DNA of 64,000 nucleotides, taken from NCBI GenBank assembly GCA_965204725.1, contig OZ242005.1:1536001-1600000 (forward strand). Direction: 5' to 3'. Below, one piece after another: positions 37,482 to 47,497 of this stretch. Source of the DNA: Candidatus Latescibacterota bacterium. Its GTDB lineage: Bacteria > Latescibacterota > UBA2968 > UBA8231. The position numbers and the translations under genes are program-made. Position 1 is the stretch's first letter. Each line of letters starts with the position of its first letter. A model generated the notes under the pieces. It was not told the origin of the DNA, did no database searches, and saw only the letters and a program-made list of their open reading frames with translations.

Positions 37482-38594
37482 ATGGAGCTTATGGATCTGC
37501 AAAAGGCGGGTTTGCTCTTGAGCGGCGCGATTTACGTGGGCAGTGTCCTCTGGCTGTGGCGCGGCTTGAGCCGGCCGCGCTGTGGCCCAGCCCTAGTCGG
37601 CGATCGGCCCTCGGTCAGCGCCATCGTGGCCGCGCGCAACGAAGAGGCGACCTTGCCGCACTGCTTAGACGCCCTCGCCCGTCAGGACTATCCGGGAGCG
37701 TTTGAAGTGATCGTCGTAGATGACCGCTCGGGTGACCGCACTGGGGACCTCATTGCCGCCAAGGCGGCGACTTGGCCGGCCCTCAAGGGCGTACAGGCCG
37801 CGCCCGACGGGTGGTTTAAGTGCCCTAAGAAAAGCGCGTTAGCCCAAGGGATTGCCGCGAGCACTGGGGAGATTTTGCTCTTTACCGATGCCGATTGCCG
37901 CCCGCCCGCCGACTGGGTTCGCTCGATGGTGGCACACTTTGCCCCGGGGGTTGGCTTAGTCGCCGGGTACGCGCGGCCCGATCCGGTCGCTGGGGTGCTC
38001 GCCAAGGTCTTGGCCTTAGACAATATCGGGGTCGGGGCGCTGGGGGCAGGCAGCTTTGGCATGGGCCATCCGCTGTCGTGTACGGGCCGCAATTTGGCCT
38101 ACCGCCGCCAAGTGTATGACGAGCTGGGCGGTTTCGCGCCGATCGGGCATCTGATCGGGGGCGACGATGTGTACTTCATGCGCTTGCTGAGTGCCCAAGG
38201 CTTATGGGCTATGGCGTTTAATCGCCGGGCCGTCGTCCGCTCGCAGCCGCCGCCGGCTAAGCTCGCGGCCGCAGTGCAGCAAAAGCTGCGGCACGCGGCC
38301 AAAGGAGGGCACTACAAGGGCCGCGCATTTTATTTGGCCGCCGGGGTCTATTTGTTCCACGGCTTTCTCGCTTGGGGACTGGTGCAGATGCTCTGGAGCC
38401 AAAGCTGGGATGGCTGGGTAGCGGGGGTCTGGTTTGCGCGCTGGGCCGTTGACTTTTTGCTGCTCAAGCGAATGGCCGCGCCCGAAGAGCGCGCCCTCCT
38501 GTGCTATTTGCCGCTAGTGGAAGTTTTGTATATTCCCTATGTGCTGATTTTTACGATTGTCGGCCGTTGGGGCTGGTTCCGCTGGAAAACCTAA
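37482..38594 (+). CDS. Family 2 glycosyltransferase (membrane, GT2/GT21-like)
   Basis: VAARNEE, VDDRS.D, KK.AL, TDADC, GGDD, Q..RH. Confidence 0.88.
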   Translation: MELMDLQKAGLLLSGAIYVGSVLWLWRGLSRPRCGPALVGDRPSVSAIVAARNEEATLPHCLDALARQDYPGAFEVIVVDDRSGDRTGDLIAAKAATWPALKGVQAAPDGWFKCPKKSALAQGIAASTGEILLFTDADCRPPADWVRSMVAHFAPGVGLVAGYARPDPVAGVLAKVLALDNIGVGALGAGSFGMGHPLSCTGRNLAYRRQVYDELGGFAPIGHLIGGDDVYFMRLLSAQGLWAMAFNRRAVVRSQPPPAKLAAAVQQKLRHAAKGGHYKGRAFYLAAGVYLFHGFLAWGLVQMLWSQSWDGWVAGVWFARWAVDFLLLKRMAAPEERALLCYLPLVEVLYIPYVLIFTIVGRWGWFRWKT

Positions 38595-38608
38595 ACGAAG
38601 GAGTTGGT

Positions 38609-39676
38609 TTGGCTTACCTGATCGCGCCCAAAGCACTGCCGCGCTACGCTCGGCGCTACGCCCGCGTATTTTCTTGGCAGCGGCTGGTTAATTTTTTCGC
38701 CGTTTTGGCCTCTATGGGGCTGTCGTGGATGACCCGTCGGCCCATCGTGTGGGGGCGGCCTTTTATGCTCATGGTCGAGCCGACCAACTTCTGCAACCTC
38801 AAGTGCCCCTTGTGCCCTTCGGGCAACGGTCAGATGCGCCGCCCGAGGGGCAATATGGGCTTGGAGGACTTTAAGAAGCTGGTTGACCAACTCGGCGGCG
38901 AAGTCTTTATGATGATGCTGTGGAACCAAGGCGAGCCGTATATCAACAAGTGCTTCAACCAGATGGTGCGCTACGCCAGCGACCGCGGCATCTTCACGTT
39001 CACGAGCACCAACGGCCACTTCGTCCGCGCCCCAGAGCAGGCGCGGGCCATCGTCGAGTCTGGGCTGGACGAGATGATCGTCTCGCTGGACGGGGTCGAT
39101 CAAGCTACGTACGAGCGGTACCGGGTCGGCGGCCAGATCGAACGCGTCTTTTCCGGGGTCCGGCTGCTGGTCGCGGCCAAAGAGGCGCTGGGGTCGCAGA
39201 CGCCGCTCATCAACCTGCAATTTATCGTTATGAAGCACAACGAGCGCGATCTGGCCACGGCCGAAGCGCTGGCCAAGGACCTGCGCGTTGATAAGTTCTT
39301 GGTCAAGACCGCTCAGGTGTACACCGCGGCCGAGGCCGAGGCGTTCTTGCCCGAGGACGAACAGTACAGCCGCTACGAGTTGGCGGAGGACGAATTGGCG
39401 GTCAAAGGGCAGCCCACGCGGGGTTGCAAGGTGCTGTGGTACAGTTCGATGGTCAATTGGGATGGATCGGTCGCGCCCTGCTGTTTTGACAAAGACGTCG
39501 ATTTTGGCATGGGGCAGGCCTTCAACGGCCGTTCTTTTGACGCGATCTGGCGCAGCCGGGCCTATATGGACTTTCGCCGTCAGGTCCTCGCCGACCGCAA
39601 TACCTTCGATATGTGCCGCAACTGTTCCGAAGGCTATCGCGGCATGTTCTCCCTGATCAAGGAAATCAAGGGCTGA
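38609..39676 (+). CDS. Radical SAM protein with SPASM/twitch domain
   Basis: TTG after AAGGAG; EPTNFCNLKCPLCP, GEP; C-terminal C..LW...DG.V.PCC.D...C.NC. Confidence 0.9.
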   Translation: MAYLIAPKALPRYARRYARVFSWQRLVNFFAVLASMGLSWMTRRPIVWGRPFMLMVEPTNFCNLKCPLCPSGNGQMRRPRGNMGLEDFKKLVDQLGGEVFMMMLWNQGEPYINKCFNQMVRYASDRGIFTFTSTNGHFVRAPEQARAIVESGLDEMIVSLDGVDQATYERYRVGGQIERVFSGVRLLVAAKEALGSQTPLINLQFIVMKHNERDLATAEALAKDLRVDKFLVKTAQVYTAAEAEAFLPEDEQYSRYELAEDELAVKGQPTRGCKVLWYSSMVNWDGSVAPCCFDKDVDFGMGQAFNGRSFDAIWRSRAYMDFRRQVLADRNTFDMCRNCSEGYRGMFSLIKEIKG

Positions 39677-40835
39677 TGCCCGAGTACCTCTTGGCGTCCT
39701 GTGCGCTGGCCTATTTGCTCGGGGCTTGTTGGTTCGTCGCCGGGATGCGTGGCCGCCCCGGGCCGGCCGAGCGCGTCGAGTTGGTCTCAGTAGTAGTCGC
39801 CGCGCGCAACGAAGCCGCCCACATCGCCTCCTGCCTGCGCGCCCTGCTGGCGCAGGATTACCCCCAAGAACACTACGAAATCATCGTCGTTGACGACGGC
39901 TCCACCGATGGCACGGGCCACATCGTGCGCGAGTTCAGCGGGGGGAGTGCGTCCGCGCCCGTGCGCTTGCTGCGAACCGAAGGGTCGGGTTCCAAGAAAG
40001 CCGCGCTCAGCTTGGGGATCGCCGAAGCGCGGGGGGAGGTGATTTGCACCACGGATGCCGATTGCGAGGTCGCGCCGGGATGGATCCGCGGCATGTTGTC
40101 GCACTTTGCCGACGGAGTAGGCATGGTCATCGGCTTTTCGCAAATCGGCTCGGCCGCCAAAATTAAGGGGTGGCGTCAGGGCTACGAGGCCGTTGATTTC
40201 ACCTGCTTGATGGCTTGCATCTGGGGCAGTGCCGGGTGGGGCCATCCCATGGCGGCCTCCGGCCAGAATTTGGCCTTTTTGCGGGAGGCGTTTTTCGACG
40301 TGGGCGGCTATAAAAAGATCATGCACCGGGCTTCTGGCGACGATGTGCTGCTCATGCAGGCCATGCGCCGTTCGGGCCGGTGGGCCATTGTTTTTGCCAA
40401 CCAGCCAGCGACCTTTGTGCGGCATCCGGTGGCCGCGTCTTGGGGTGCGTTATTCGGCCAGCGCAGCCGCTGGGCCTCCAATGCCCCGGTCCTCGCACGC
40501 CTAGATCCGCTCTTTTTTGGCTATATGCTGCTCACCTACGCTTTGAGCTGGGCGACGATCATGGCCCCGCTGCTGTGCTTGGCCGGCTGGCTGAATCCCC
40601 TGTGGCCTTGGGCGTGGTGGGGGCGAAAGTGGGGAGTGAGTGGGGGGTGTTTAACGGCGGCGTATCGCTCTCGGGCCGGCGCGAGTTGCGCCGCTATTTT
40701 CCCCTGTGGGCCTTATTGCAACCGCTGCACGTAGTTTTGGTCGGCAGCGTTGGCTGCTTGGGGATTTTTCGCTGGAAGGGCCGCATCCACCTGTGGGGCC
40801 GGCGCGTCGAGCTATCGCCGCCGTCGCGGCGCTGA
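39676..40835 (+). CDS. Family 2 glycosyltransferase with a single-base frameshift near 40600
   Basis: VAARNE, DDGSTD, TDADC, ASGDD, QRSRWAS. The C-terminus continues in another frame (ALGVVGAK...FRWKGR). Confidence 0.82.
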
Positions 40836-40855
40836 AGAAGGAAGTAGGAAGCCCA

Positions 40856-41506
40856 GTGGGAAAGCGCGAAGGCGACCGCGCCCAGATCGTCTGTAGAGCA
40901 TTGAAGAAAACCATTCCCGAAGCGAGAGTGGAGCTCAACTACGGCAATGCCTTGGAGCTGATGGTGGCGACCATGCTCGCGGCGCAGAGCACGGATGTCA
41001 AGGTCAACGAAGTCACGGCCGTGCTATTCAAAAAATATCAGTGCGCGGCCGACTACGCGGCCGTGGCGGTTGAGGAACTGGAGGAGGATATCCGTCCAAC
41101 CGGCTTCTACCGGCAAAAGGCCAAAAACATCCGCGCGGCCATGGAGATGCTCCTCGCCGAGCACGGAGGCCAAGTCCCCGGGCAGATGGACGCCTTGCTC
41201 CGCTTGCCCGGCATTGGCCGCAAGAGTGCCAACGTCATCCTCGGCAATGTGTATGGCGTGCCCGGCATCGTGGTTGATACGCATGTTGGGCGGGTGAGTC
41301 GGCGCTTGGGGCTGACCTCAGAAACGGACCCCGTCAAGGTCGAAATGGCCTTGGCCCAGCGGCTGCCGCCCCAAGAGTGGACGGCGTTTGGGCAGCGCGT
41401 GGTTTTGCACGGTCGCTATGTGTGCAAGGCGCGCAAGCCCTGGTGCGACGAGTGCGTTCTCATGCCGCATTGCGATTATTTTGCCAGCCAAACGGCGGGC
41501 GTTTAG
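40856..41506 (+). CDS. nth: Endonuclease III
   Basis: LAAQSTD, GFYRQKAK, HhH LPGIGRKSAN, VDTH, C.ARKP.C..C.....C. Confidence 0.97.
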   Translation: MGKREGDRAQIVCRALKKTIPEARVELNYGNALELMVATMLAAQSTDVKVNEVTAVLFKKYQCAADYAAVAVEELEEDIRPTGFYRQKAKNIRAAMEMLLAEHGGQVPGQMDALLRLPGIGRKSANVILGNVYGVPGIVVDTHVGRVSRRLGLTSETDPVKVEMALAQRLPPQEWTAFGQRVVLHGRYVCKARKPWCDECVLMPHCDYFASQTAGV

Positions 41507-42783
41507 GGACGCCGTTGCGGCAGACGCTTGAGGACGGCGGTTATTTCGGCGGGCGTTTGCGAGGCGAGCATATCGCGGTGGGCCGCGTCCGTGTGCATCA
41601 AGGTTGCAATCTGCGCTAGGATGGGGATGTAGCTGCGGTAGTTTTGCTCTGGAGTCAGCAGCAAGAAGATGAAGTGAACTGGCTCGTTGCTCGGGCTTTC
41701 AAAATCAATGCCTTGGGGGCAAATCCCCAGACAGCCGATGATGCCGGGCAGGTCTGGGATGGGCGCGTGGGGAATCGCGGTGCCGTGCCCGAGCGCGGTC
41801 GAGCTTTTGCGCTCGCGTTCGAGTGCGGCCTCGAGCACGGTCTGGCGTTCGCTGACGGGGATTTGTTTCTCTTCGATGAGGGCATCAACCATCTGGGCGA
41901 TGGCGTCCCATTTGTCTTTGGGGGTGAGGTCTAAGCGGATGGTGTGCTCCCAGAAAATGCGGCTTAGCTGCAAGTCGTTGGCCGCGGCCGAGCGGACCAT
42001 GAGCACCGAACAGGGCACCTGATCGGCGATTTCGTCCGGGATGGAGCCGGCGAGATGTTCCTCTTGGTGCCAGTCGTTTGAGGCACCGAGTACGAGCAAA
42101 TCGTGGTTTTGCGCCCGCGCGACGATGGCCGGGACGACGTGGATGGCCGGGACCACCGTTAAGGGGGCGTCGATCTCTAGCAACTCTAGCTGCAAACGCG
42201 TGTCGGCCGCTAGCTGCGAACAGTAGCGCTGGAGGATCGGGTTGGAAGGGTCGCGGCGGTCGCGCACGATGCGGAGAATTTCCAGTTCAGCGCCCCAAGT
42301 TCGGGCCAGATCGTAGGCGATTTGCACGCCTACCAGCGCGTGATTGCCGCCGCCGAAGGGCACGAGAATCCGGCGCACCGGCCCGCTCTTTTTTTCCTTA
42401 AAAATCAAGGTGTCAACGTCAATGGCCTTGGCCAAGGCGCGATTGGGGGCGGATAGGATGGCGTCGCGCTCGACCTTGGCATTCCAAGCCATGAGCATCA
42501 TGTTGCAGCTCCAGCGGCGGACCGCTCGCTGAATTCCGCTGGTCACGTCCTCGTCTTTTTCTACATGGGCGATCGCACCGACGTCGTGGGCCATGGCCCG
42601 GTCGGCCGAAACTTGGAGGGCCTGTTTTATGTCGGGCCGAGGCTTTGCGCCGGGCGTCAGGATGTGGGTTAAGTGCAGCTCGCCCCAAGGCGAAAGGGCG
42701 AGGGTCGCAGCCAAGTCAACGAGATTGTGTTCTTGGTGCGGGTTTTCGAGCGGGACCAGAATGCGAAGTTGAGCAGGCGACAT
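41503..42783 (-). CDS. Tandem universal-stress-protein domains fused to a PTS EIIA domain
   Basis: RILVPL, RILVPFGGG, DLLVLGAS...GSIPD.IA...CSVLMVR; EIIA ERERKSSTALG.G.AIPH. Confidence 0.82.
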   Translation of the reverse strand: MSPAQLRILVPLENPHQEHNLVDLAATLALSPWGELHLTHILTPGAKPRPDIKQALQVSADRAMAHDVGAIAHVEKDEDVTSGIQRAVRRWSCNMMLMAWNAKVERDAILSAPNRALAKAIDVDTLIFKEKKSGPVRRILVPFGGGNHALVGVQIAYDLARTWGAELEILRIVRDRRDPSNPILQRYCSQLAADTRLQLELLEIDAPLTVVPAIHVVPAIVARAQNHDLLVLGASNDWHQEEHLAGSIPDEIADQVPCSVLMVRSAAANDLQLSRIFWEHTIRLDLTPKDKWDAIAQMVDALIEEKQIPVSERQTVLEAALERERKSSTALGHGTAIPHAPIPDLPGIIGCLGICPQGIDFESPSNEPVHFIFLLLTPEQNYRSYIPILAQIATLMHTDAAHRDMLASQTPAEITAVLKRLPQRRP

Positions 42784-42956
42784 CTTAGGTGTAAGGCATC
42801 AAGCCGAGGAGGAACCTAGGCAATACTCAGTACTCAGTAGCATGTAATTAAATATAAAACAGACCGCCATCTTTTCCACCTCCTTTGTCGCCGCAGTGGG
42901 GTTGCCAGCGGTCGCGTGGAGCGGTTTGTTGTAAGCAATTCAATCGGGAGGTTTGC

Positions 42957-43934
42957 GTGAGGATATTGATTACTGGCATTACCGGCCGCATCGGCGCCAA
43001 CTTGGCCAAACAGCTCGTCGAGCGCGGCCATCGCCTCCGGGGGTTGGTCTGGCCGCGCGACCCGCGCGTGGAAAATCTCAAGAAGATGCAGGTCGAACTC
43101 GTCGAGGGGAGTTTGACCGAGCCGACGGCCGTTGCGCGCGCGGTTGAGGGCGTTGAGGCCGTCTATCACTTGGGGGCGGCCTTTCAGGGCGGTGGCCCCT
43201 TTACAGACGAGGAGTTTTTTGAGATTAACGTGCGCGGCACCTTCAACATGCTGGAGGCCGTGCGCCGAGCGAAGGGGATCGGCCAGTTCCTATTCGCCAG
43301 CACCGACGCGGTTTACGACAAGTACATCCCCGGTGGCATGAGCGCGCCCATTGACGAACAGACGCCGCGCCGGCCCAAGGGCGCGTATGCCTTGACCAAG
43401 GCACTCGGCGAGGAGTTGTGTACCGGCTATTGGCAGAGCTACCAAGTGCCGACGACGATTTTGCGTTTCGCCTTGGTGCGGGCGGCCGACGAAATTTTGC
43501 AATTTCCGCAGTTCTACCTGAGCAAGATGAAAGCGGTACACCCGGAACTGGCCGCCTTGTGGCAGGGCCAAGAGTGCGCGGTGCTCCTAAAAGACCAGCG
43601 CGACCGGCCCTTCAAAAAGCACATCGCCGACGTGCGCGACATCGCGCATGGCTGCCTCTGCGCCTTGGGCAAAGAAAGGGCCTTGGGCGAGACCTTCCAG
43701 CTCGCGGGGCCGCGCCCGTTCACGTGGGACGAGGTGAGTTACCGGCTCGCCGAATTGCGCAACATGCCCCACGTCGAAGCGGCGGTACAGGCCACTCCGA
43801 CCTTCTACGAATTCAACCTGCGCAAGGCCGAGGATTATTTGGGATTTAGCCCTAGGTACGACGTCGTGCGGATGATCGTCGATGCGCTCAGCTATCAGCG
43901 CGGCGAGGACCTCGGGGTGTTGCCGCACGGCTGA
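42957..43934 (+). CDS. NAD-dependent epimerase/dehydratase (extended SDR)
   Basis: ILITGITGRIG, HLGA, NVRGT.N, Y...K. Confidence 0.88.
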   Translation: MRILITGITGRIGANLAKQLVERGHRLRGLVWPRDPRVENLKKMQVELVEGSLTEPTAVARAVEGVEAVYHLGAAFQGGGPFTDEEFFEINVRGTFNMLEAVRRAKGIGQFLFASTDAVYDKYIPGGMSAPIDEQTPRRPKGAYALTKALGEELCTGYWQSYQVPTTILRFALVRAADEILQFPQFYLSKMKAVHPELAALWQGQECAVLLKDQRDRPFKKHIADVRDIAHGCLCALGKERALGETFQLAGPRPFTWDEVSYRLAELRNMPHVEAAVQATPTFYEFNLRKAEDYLGFSPRYDVVRMIVDALSYQRGEDLGVLPHG

Positions 43935-43937
43935 GGA

Positions 43938-44294
43938 TTAGGTCTCGTGCGGCACCAATTCTGCGGCGATGGCGGCGAGGACGTCCTCGGTGCGAAAGGG
44001 CTTGTAAAAAACCGGGCACCCCTTGAGGGCTTGCAGCACCTCCTGCGAGTGCCTTTGGCGCGAGAGGAAGGCGATGAGCTTGGTATTGTCGAGCAAGCGA
44101 CTGGCCGAGAGAAAAGGAGTGGGGTCGTCAACCTCGACGCCGAGGAGGACTAAGTCTGGGGCGTTGAGCCGGTAGTGGTCGAGCCCGTCGGCTAGCTGGT
44201 TGGCGACTTCGACCTGATAGCCGGAGCGCTTGAGCAATCCGGCGAGGGTCGCGCTAAATATGGGATTGCGGTCGATGATTAGGATTTTGTACAA
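43938..44294 (-). CDS. Single-domain atypical receiver protein
   Basis: KILIID...PDLVLLG...KPF; the phosphoacceptor Asp position is Gly. Confidence 0.72.
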   Translation of the reverse strand: MYKILIIDRNPIFSATLAGLLKRSGYQVEVANQLADGLDHYRLNAPDLVLLGVEVDDPTPFLSASRLLDNTKLIAFLSRQRHSQEVLQALKGCPVFYKPFRTEDVLAAIAAELVPHET

Positions 44295-44387
44295 TGCTTT
44301 GACTCTGGGCGAATTGGGGGCCGGACAGCAGGCTTACGGCCTAAAAAATTAAGAGGTGGGCTAAACCTGTGCAAGGCGGGGAATTGT

Positions 44388-44416
44388 TTGACAACCCGCA
44401 GGACGTCGGCTATACT
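44388..44416 (+). promoter_or_regulatory. sigma70 promoter of the amidohydrolase operon
   Basis: TTGACA-17 bp-TATACT. Confidence 0.7.
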
Positions 44417-44441
44417 GGCCGACCTAAAAAGACGGAAATTT

Positions 44442-45797
44442 ATGCGGAGTAAAGAAGAATTAAAGGCGGCGGTTTGCGCGGCCATCGAGCGGCAAAGCGA
44501 GCGGATCATCGGGCTGGGAGAAGCCATTATGGACCAACCCGAATTGGGCTTTAAGGAGGAGCAGACGGCTCACCGCGTCTGCGAGCGTTTTGCCAACCTC
44601 GGCTTGCAGTACGAGCGGGAACTGGCGCTGACCGGTGTGAAGGCCCGGCTCAAGGGACGCCCAGCCGGGCCGACGGTGGCGCTGATGGGCGAACTCGACG
44701 CGCTCATCGTACCCGATCACCCGCGCGCCGACCCGGCAACCGGAGCGGCCCACGCCTGTGGGCACAACGCCCAGATCGCCGGGATGGTCGGGGCCGCTTA
44801 TGGGCTGGTCGGGGCCGGTGCCAGCGAGGAACTAGCCGGGGAAATCGCGTTTTTCGCCGTGCCGGCCGAAGAGTACGTCGAGATAGGCTATCGCTTGGGG
44901 CTGGTCGAGGAAGGCAAAATCGCGTTTCTCGGGGGCAAGCCCGAGCTGGTCGAATTGGGTCATTTCGACGACGTAGATATGGCCGTGATGATTCACACCA
45001 GCAGCTCGGCCCAAAGCGAGGGGGCGGTCGGAATCGCCCGCTCGTCCAATGGCTTTTTGGCCAAGAACGTGCGGTTCATCGGCCGAGCCGCCCACGCTGG
45101 CGGCGCGCCCGAAAAGGGCGTCAACGCGCTCAGTGCGGCCACGCTCGCCCTCAGCGCGATTGACGCGCAGCGCGCAACCTTCCGCGACCAAGACTGCGTG
45201 CGGGTGCATCCGATCATTACCAAGGGGGGCGATCTGGTCAATATCATCCCGGCCGAGGTGCGGCTAGAAACCTACGTCCGCGCCCGCACTTCTGAGGCCA
45301 TGCTCGATGCGTCTCATAAGGTCGATCGGGCGCTGCGGGGGGCGGCGGTCGCCCTCGGCTGTGCGGTCGAAATCGAAACCGTGCCCGGCTACCTGCCGCT
45401 GCACAACGACCCCGACTTAGGGCAGCTTTTCAGGGCCAACGCCGCGCACATTTTCGGCTCGGATCAGTACCGGGATTACCCCCACGGCGGCGGCTCCACC
45501 GACGCGGGCGACCTCAGTCAGATCATGCCCGTGCTACACCCGGCCATGACCGGGGCCAGCGGCGTGGTCCACGGCCCCGATTGGCGCATCGCCGACCCAG
45601 CGGCTGGGTATCTCGCTCCGGCCAAGGTCTTGGCCATGATGGCCATCGACCTGCTGTACGGCGATGCGGCTGCGGCAAAGAGCATCCTGCAAAACTACGT
45701 GCCCAACATGAGTAAGGGCGAGTATCTCCAACAGCAAAAAGCACTCTTTCACCGGGAGCATTTCGCCGGTGATCAAACCGGGAGGAATGCAACGTGA
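44442..45797 (+). CDS. M20 amidohydrolase
   Basis: PELGFKE, GELDAL, HACGH, PAEE, G.AAHAG, GSTD.GD.S. Confidence 0.9.
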   Translation: MRSKEELKAAVCAAIERQSERIIGLGEAIMDQPELGFKEEQTAHRVCERFANLGLQYERELALTGVKARLKGRPAGPTVALMGELDALIVPDHPRADPATGAAHACGHNAQIAGMVGAAYGLVGAGASEELAGEIAFFAVPAEEYVEIGYRLGLVEEGKIAFLGGKPELVELGHFDDVDMAVMIHTSSSAQSEGAVGIARSSNGFLAKNVRFIGRAAHAGGAPEKGVNALSAATLALSAIDAQRATFRDQDCVRVHPIITKGGDLVNIIPAEVRLETYVRARTSEAMLDASHKVDRALRGAAVALGCAVEIETVPGYLPLHNDPDLGQLFRANAAHIFGSDQYRDYPHGGGSTDAGDLSQIMPVLHPAMTGASGVVHGPDWRIADPAAGYLAPAKVLAMMAIDLLYGDAAAAKSILQNYVPNMSKGEYLQQQKALFHREHFAGDQTGRNAT

Positions 45798-46558
45798 AGC
45801 TCGGCATGGTGACCTACAACTTGGGCCGCGATTGGGATTTAGAGACCCTGATTGCCCATTGCGAAGAGGCTGATTTTTCTGGCGTTGAGCTGCGGACTAC
45901 GCATGCCCACGGCGTTGAAACGTCGCTCAGTGTAGCCGAGCGGGGCGAGGTCAAGCGGCGCTTTGCCGACTCGGTGGTTGAGCTGGTGGGGTTGGGCAGT
46001 GCCTTTGAATACGACGCGGTCGATCCGCAGGTGCTTCGCAGCCACATCGACGGGACCAAAGAATACGCGCGCTTGGCCCACGATCTCGGCGTCGGCGGCG
46101 TCAAAGTGCGCCCCAACAACGTCCACGTCGATGAGGGGATCCCCCTTGAGCAGACCCTAGAGCAGATCGGCGTCAGCCTGCGAGAGTGCGGCGAATTCGC
46201 TCGCGACTTAGGGGTGCAGATCCGCTTGGAGGTCCACGGTCGCACGACCTCGGATCCGGCCAACATCCGCGCGATCCTCGACTACGCCGATCACGACAAT
46301 GTCTTCGTCTGCTGGAATTCCAATGCGACGGACCTAGTCGACGGCTCCATCGACGGCAGTTTCGCCTCCTTGCAGGACGCGATTGCCTTGGTCCACATTA
46401 CCGAGTTGTGGAGCGATTACCCGTGGGAGCGGCTCTTCGCGCTGCTGCGGCAGAGCGGCTACACCGGGTATTGTCTCGCCGAAATCCCCGAAAGCCCACA
46501 ACCGCTGCGTCTGATGCGCTACTATCGAGCCTTGTGGCAGGCCCTCGCCAAAGGCTAG
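45794..46558 (+). CDS. Sugar phosphate isomerase/epimerase (xylose isomerase-like TIM barrel)
   Basis: GVELRTTHAHGVE, LEVHG, VHI.EL, G....E. Confidence 0.8.
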   Translation: MKLGMVTYNLGRDWDLETLIAHCEEADFSGVELRTTHAHGVETSLSVAERGEVKRRFADSVVELVGLGSAFEYDAVDPQVLRSHIDGTKEYARLAHDLGVGGVKVRPNNVHVDEGIPLEQTLEQIGVSLRECGEFARDLGVQIRLEVHGRTTSDPANIRAILDYADHDNVFVCWNSNATDLVDGSIDGSFASLQDAIALVHITELWSDYPWERLFALLRQSGYTGYCLAEIPESPQPLRLMRYYRALWQALAKG

Positions 46559-46567
46559 CGCGGGGCA

Positions 46568-47419
46568 ATGCCTGAGATTGCCTATGTCAATGGCCGCTTC
46601 GGTCCATTGGCCGAAGCCGTGGTATCGGTCGAGGACCGGGGCTATCAGTTCGCCGATGGCGTCTATGAGGTGGTTGCTACCTACGGTGGGTGCCCGTTCG
46701 CCTTAGAGCCGCATTTGACGCGCCTCCAGAGCAACTTAGAGGCCCTGCACTTGCCGTTGGATCTCCGTGCGTATGGCCTTAGAGCCAAGTTGATGGAGGG
46801 CCTTGAGCGGAGCGGTTTTAGTGAGACGTTGGTCTATATCCAAGTTACGCGCGGAGTCGCTCCTAGGCAGCACCAATTTCCCCCTGTCCCAGTCGCGCCC
46901 ACCGTCGTAATGACGTTTAAGAAGCTGCATGGCCGGCCGCCGGCCCTGTACGACCGCGGCGTCGAGGTCATTAGCACCGCAGACTTGCGCTGGAAGCGCT
47001 GCGATATTAAGAGCATCGCCTTACTGCCCAACATCTTGGCCAAACAGGCCGCGGCGCAGGTGGGGGCCTTTGAGGCCCTGCTGGTCGATGCGGTCGGCCG
47101 GGTCACTGAAGGGGCTTCAACCAGTGCCTTCTGCGTCCGGGCCGGCCGCTTGTGTACCGCGCCTGTTGGTCCCCACATCCTACCGAGTATCACCCGAGGG
47201 ATTCTGCTCGACTTGGCCCGCCAGCTCGGCATCCCCATTGAAGAAGAGTTTTGTACGCTGGACCAATTTAAGGCCGCCGATGAGGTCTTTATTGCCGGCA
47301 CGACCCTTGAGGCGATGCCGGTGGTGCGAATTGACGATGCCGTTATCGGCGAGGGTTCGCCGGGGCCAATAACTCAGCAGATCCGCGCCGCGTTTCTAGA
47401 TTCGCTGAATTTGACCTGA
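46568..47419 (+). CDS. dat: Fold-type IV PLP aminotransferase (D-amino-acid transaminase-like)
   Basis: EDRGYQFADGVYEV, QVTRG..PR.H.FP, RW.RCDIKS..LL.N.LAKQ, TEG, ILP.ITR. Confidence 0.85.
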   Translation: MPEIAYVNGRFGPLAEAVVSVEDRGYQFADGVYEVVATYGGCPFALEPHLTRLQSNLEALHLPLDLRAYGLRAKLMEGLERSGFSETLVYIQVTRGVAPRQHQFPPVPVAPTVVMTFKKLHGRPPALYDRGVEVISTADLRWKRCDIKSIALLPNILAKQAAAQVGAFEALLVDAVGRVTEGASTSAFCVRAGRLCTAPVGPHILPSITRGILLDLARQLGIPIEEEFCTLDQFKAADEVFIAGTTLEAMPVVRIDDAVIGEGSPGPITQQIRAAFLDSLNLT

Positions 47420-47433
47420 AAGGGTCGGGTTAC

Positions 47434-47481
47434 AAAATAAAAAGGGGGGAACGCTCAGTCGGCACTTCCCTCCTTTTTTGT
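47434..47481. terminator. Bidirectional intrinsic terminator between convergent genes
   Basis: AAAATAAAAAGGGGGGAA...TTCCCTCCTTTTTTGT imperfect stem with A/T tails. Confidence 0.6.
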
Positions 47482-47497
47482 GGACCGCTGAGCGGTT

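Noticed and set aside
38609-39676. rSAM/SPASM as a RiPP maturase
   Set aside because: No precursor peptide, RRE domain, protease or exporter adjacent; the glycosyltransferase context fits better.
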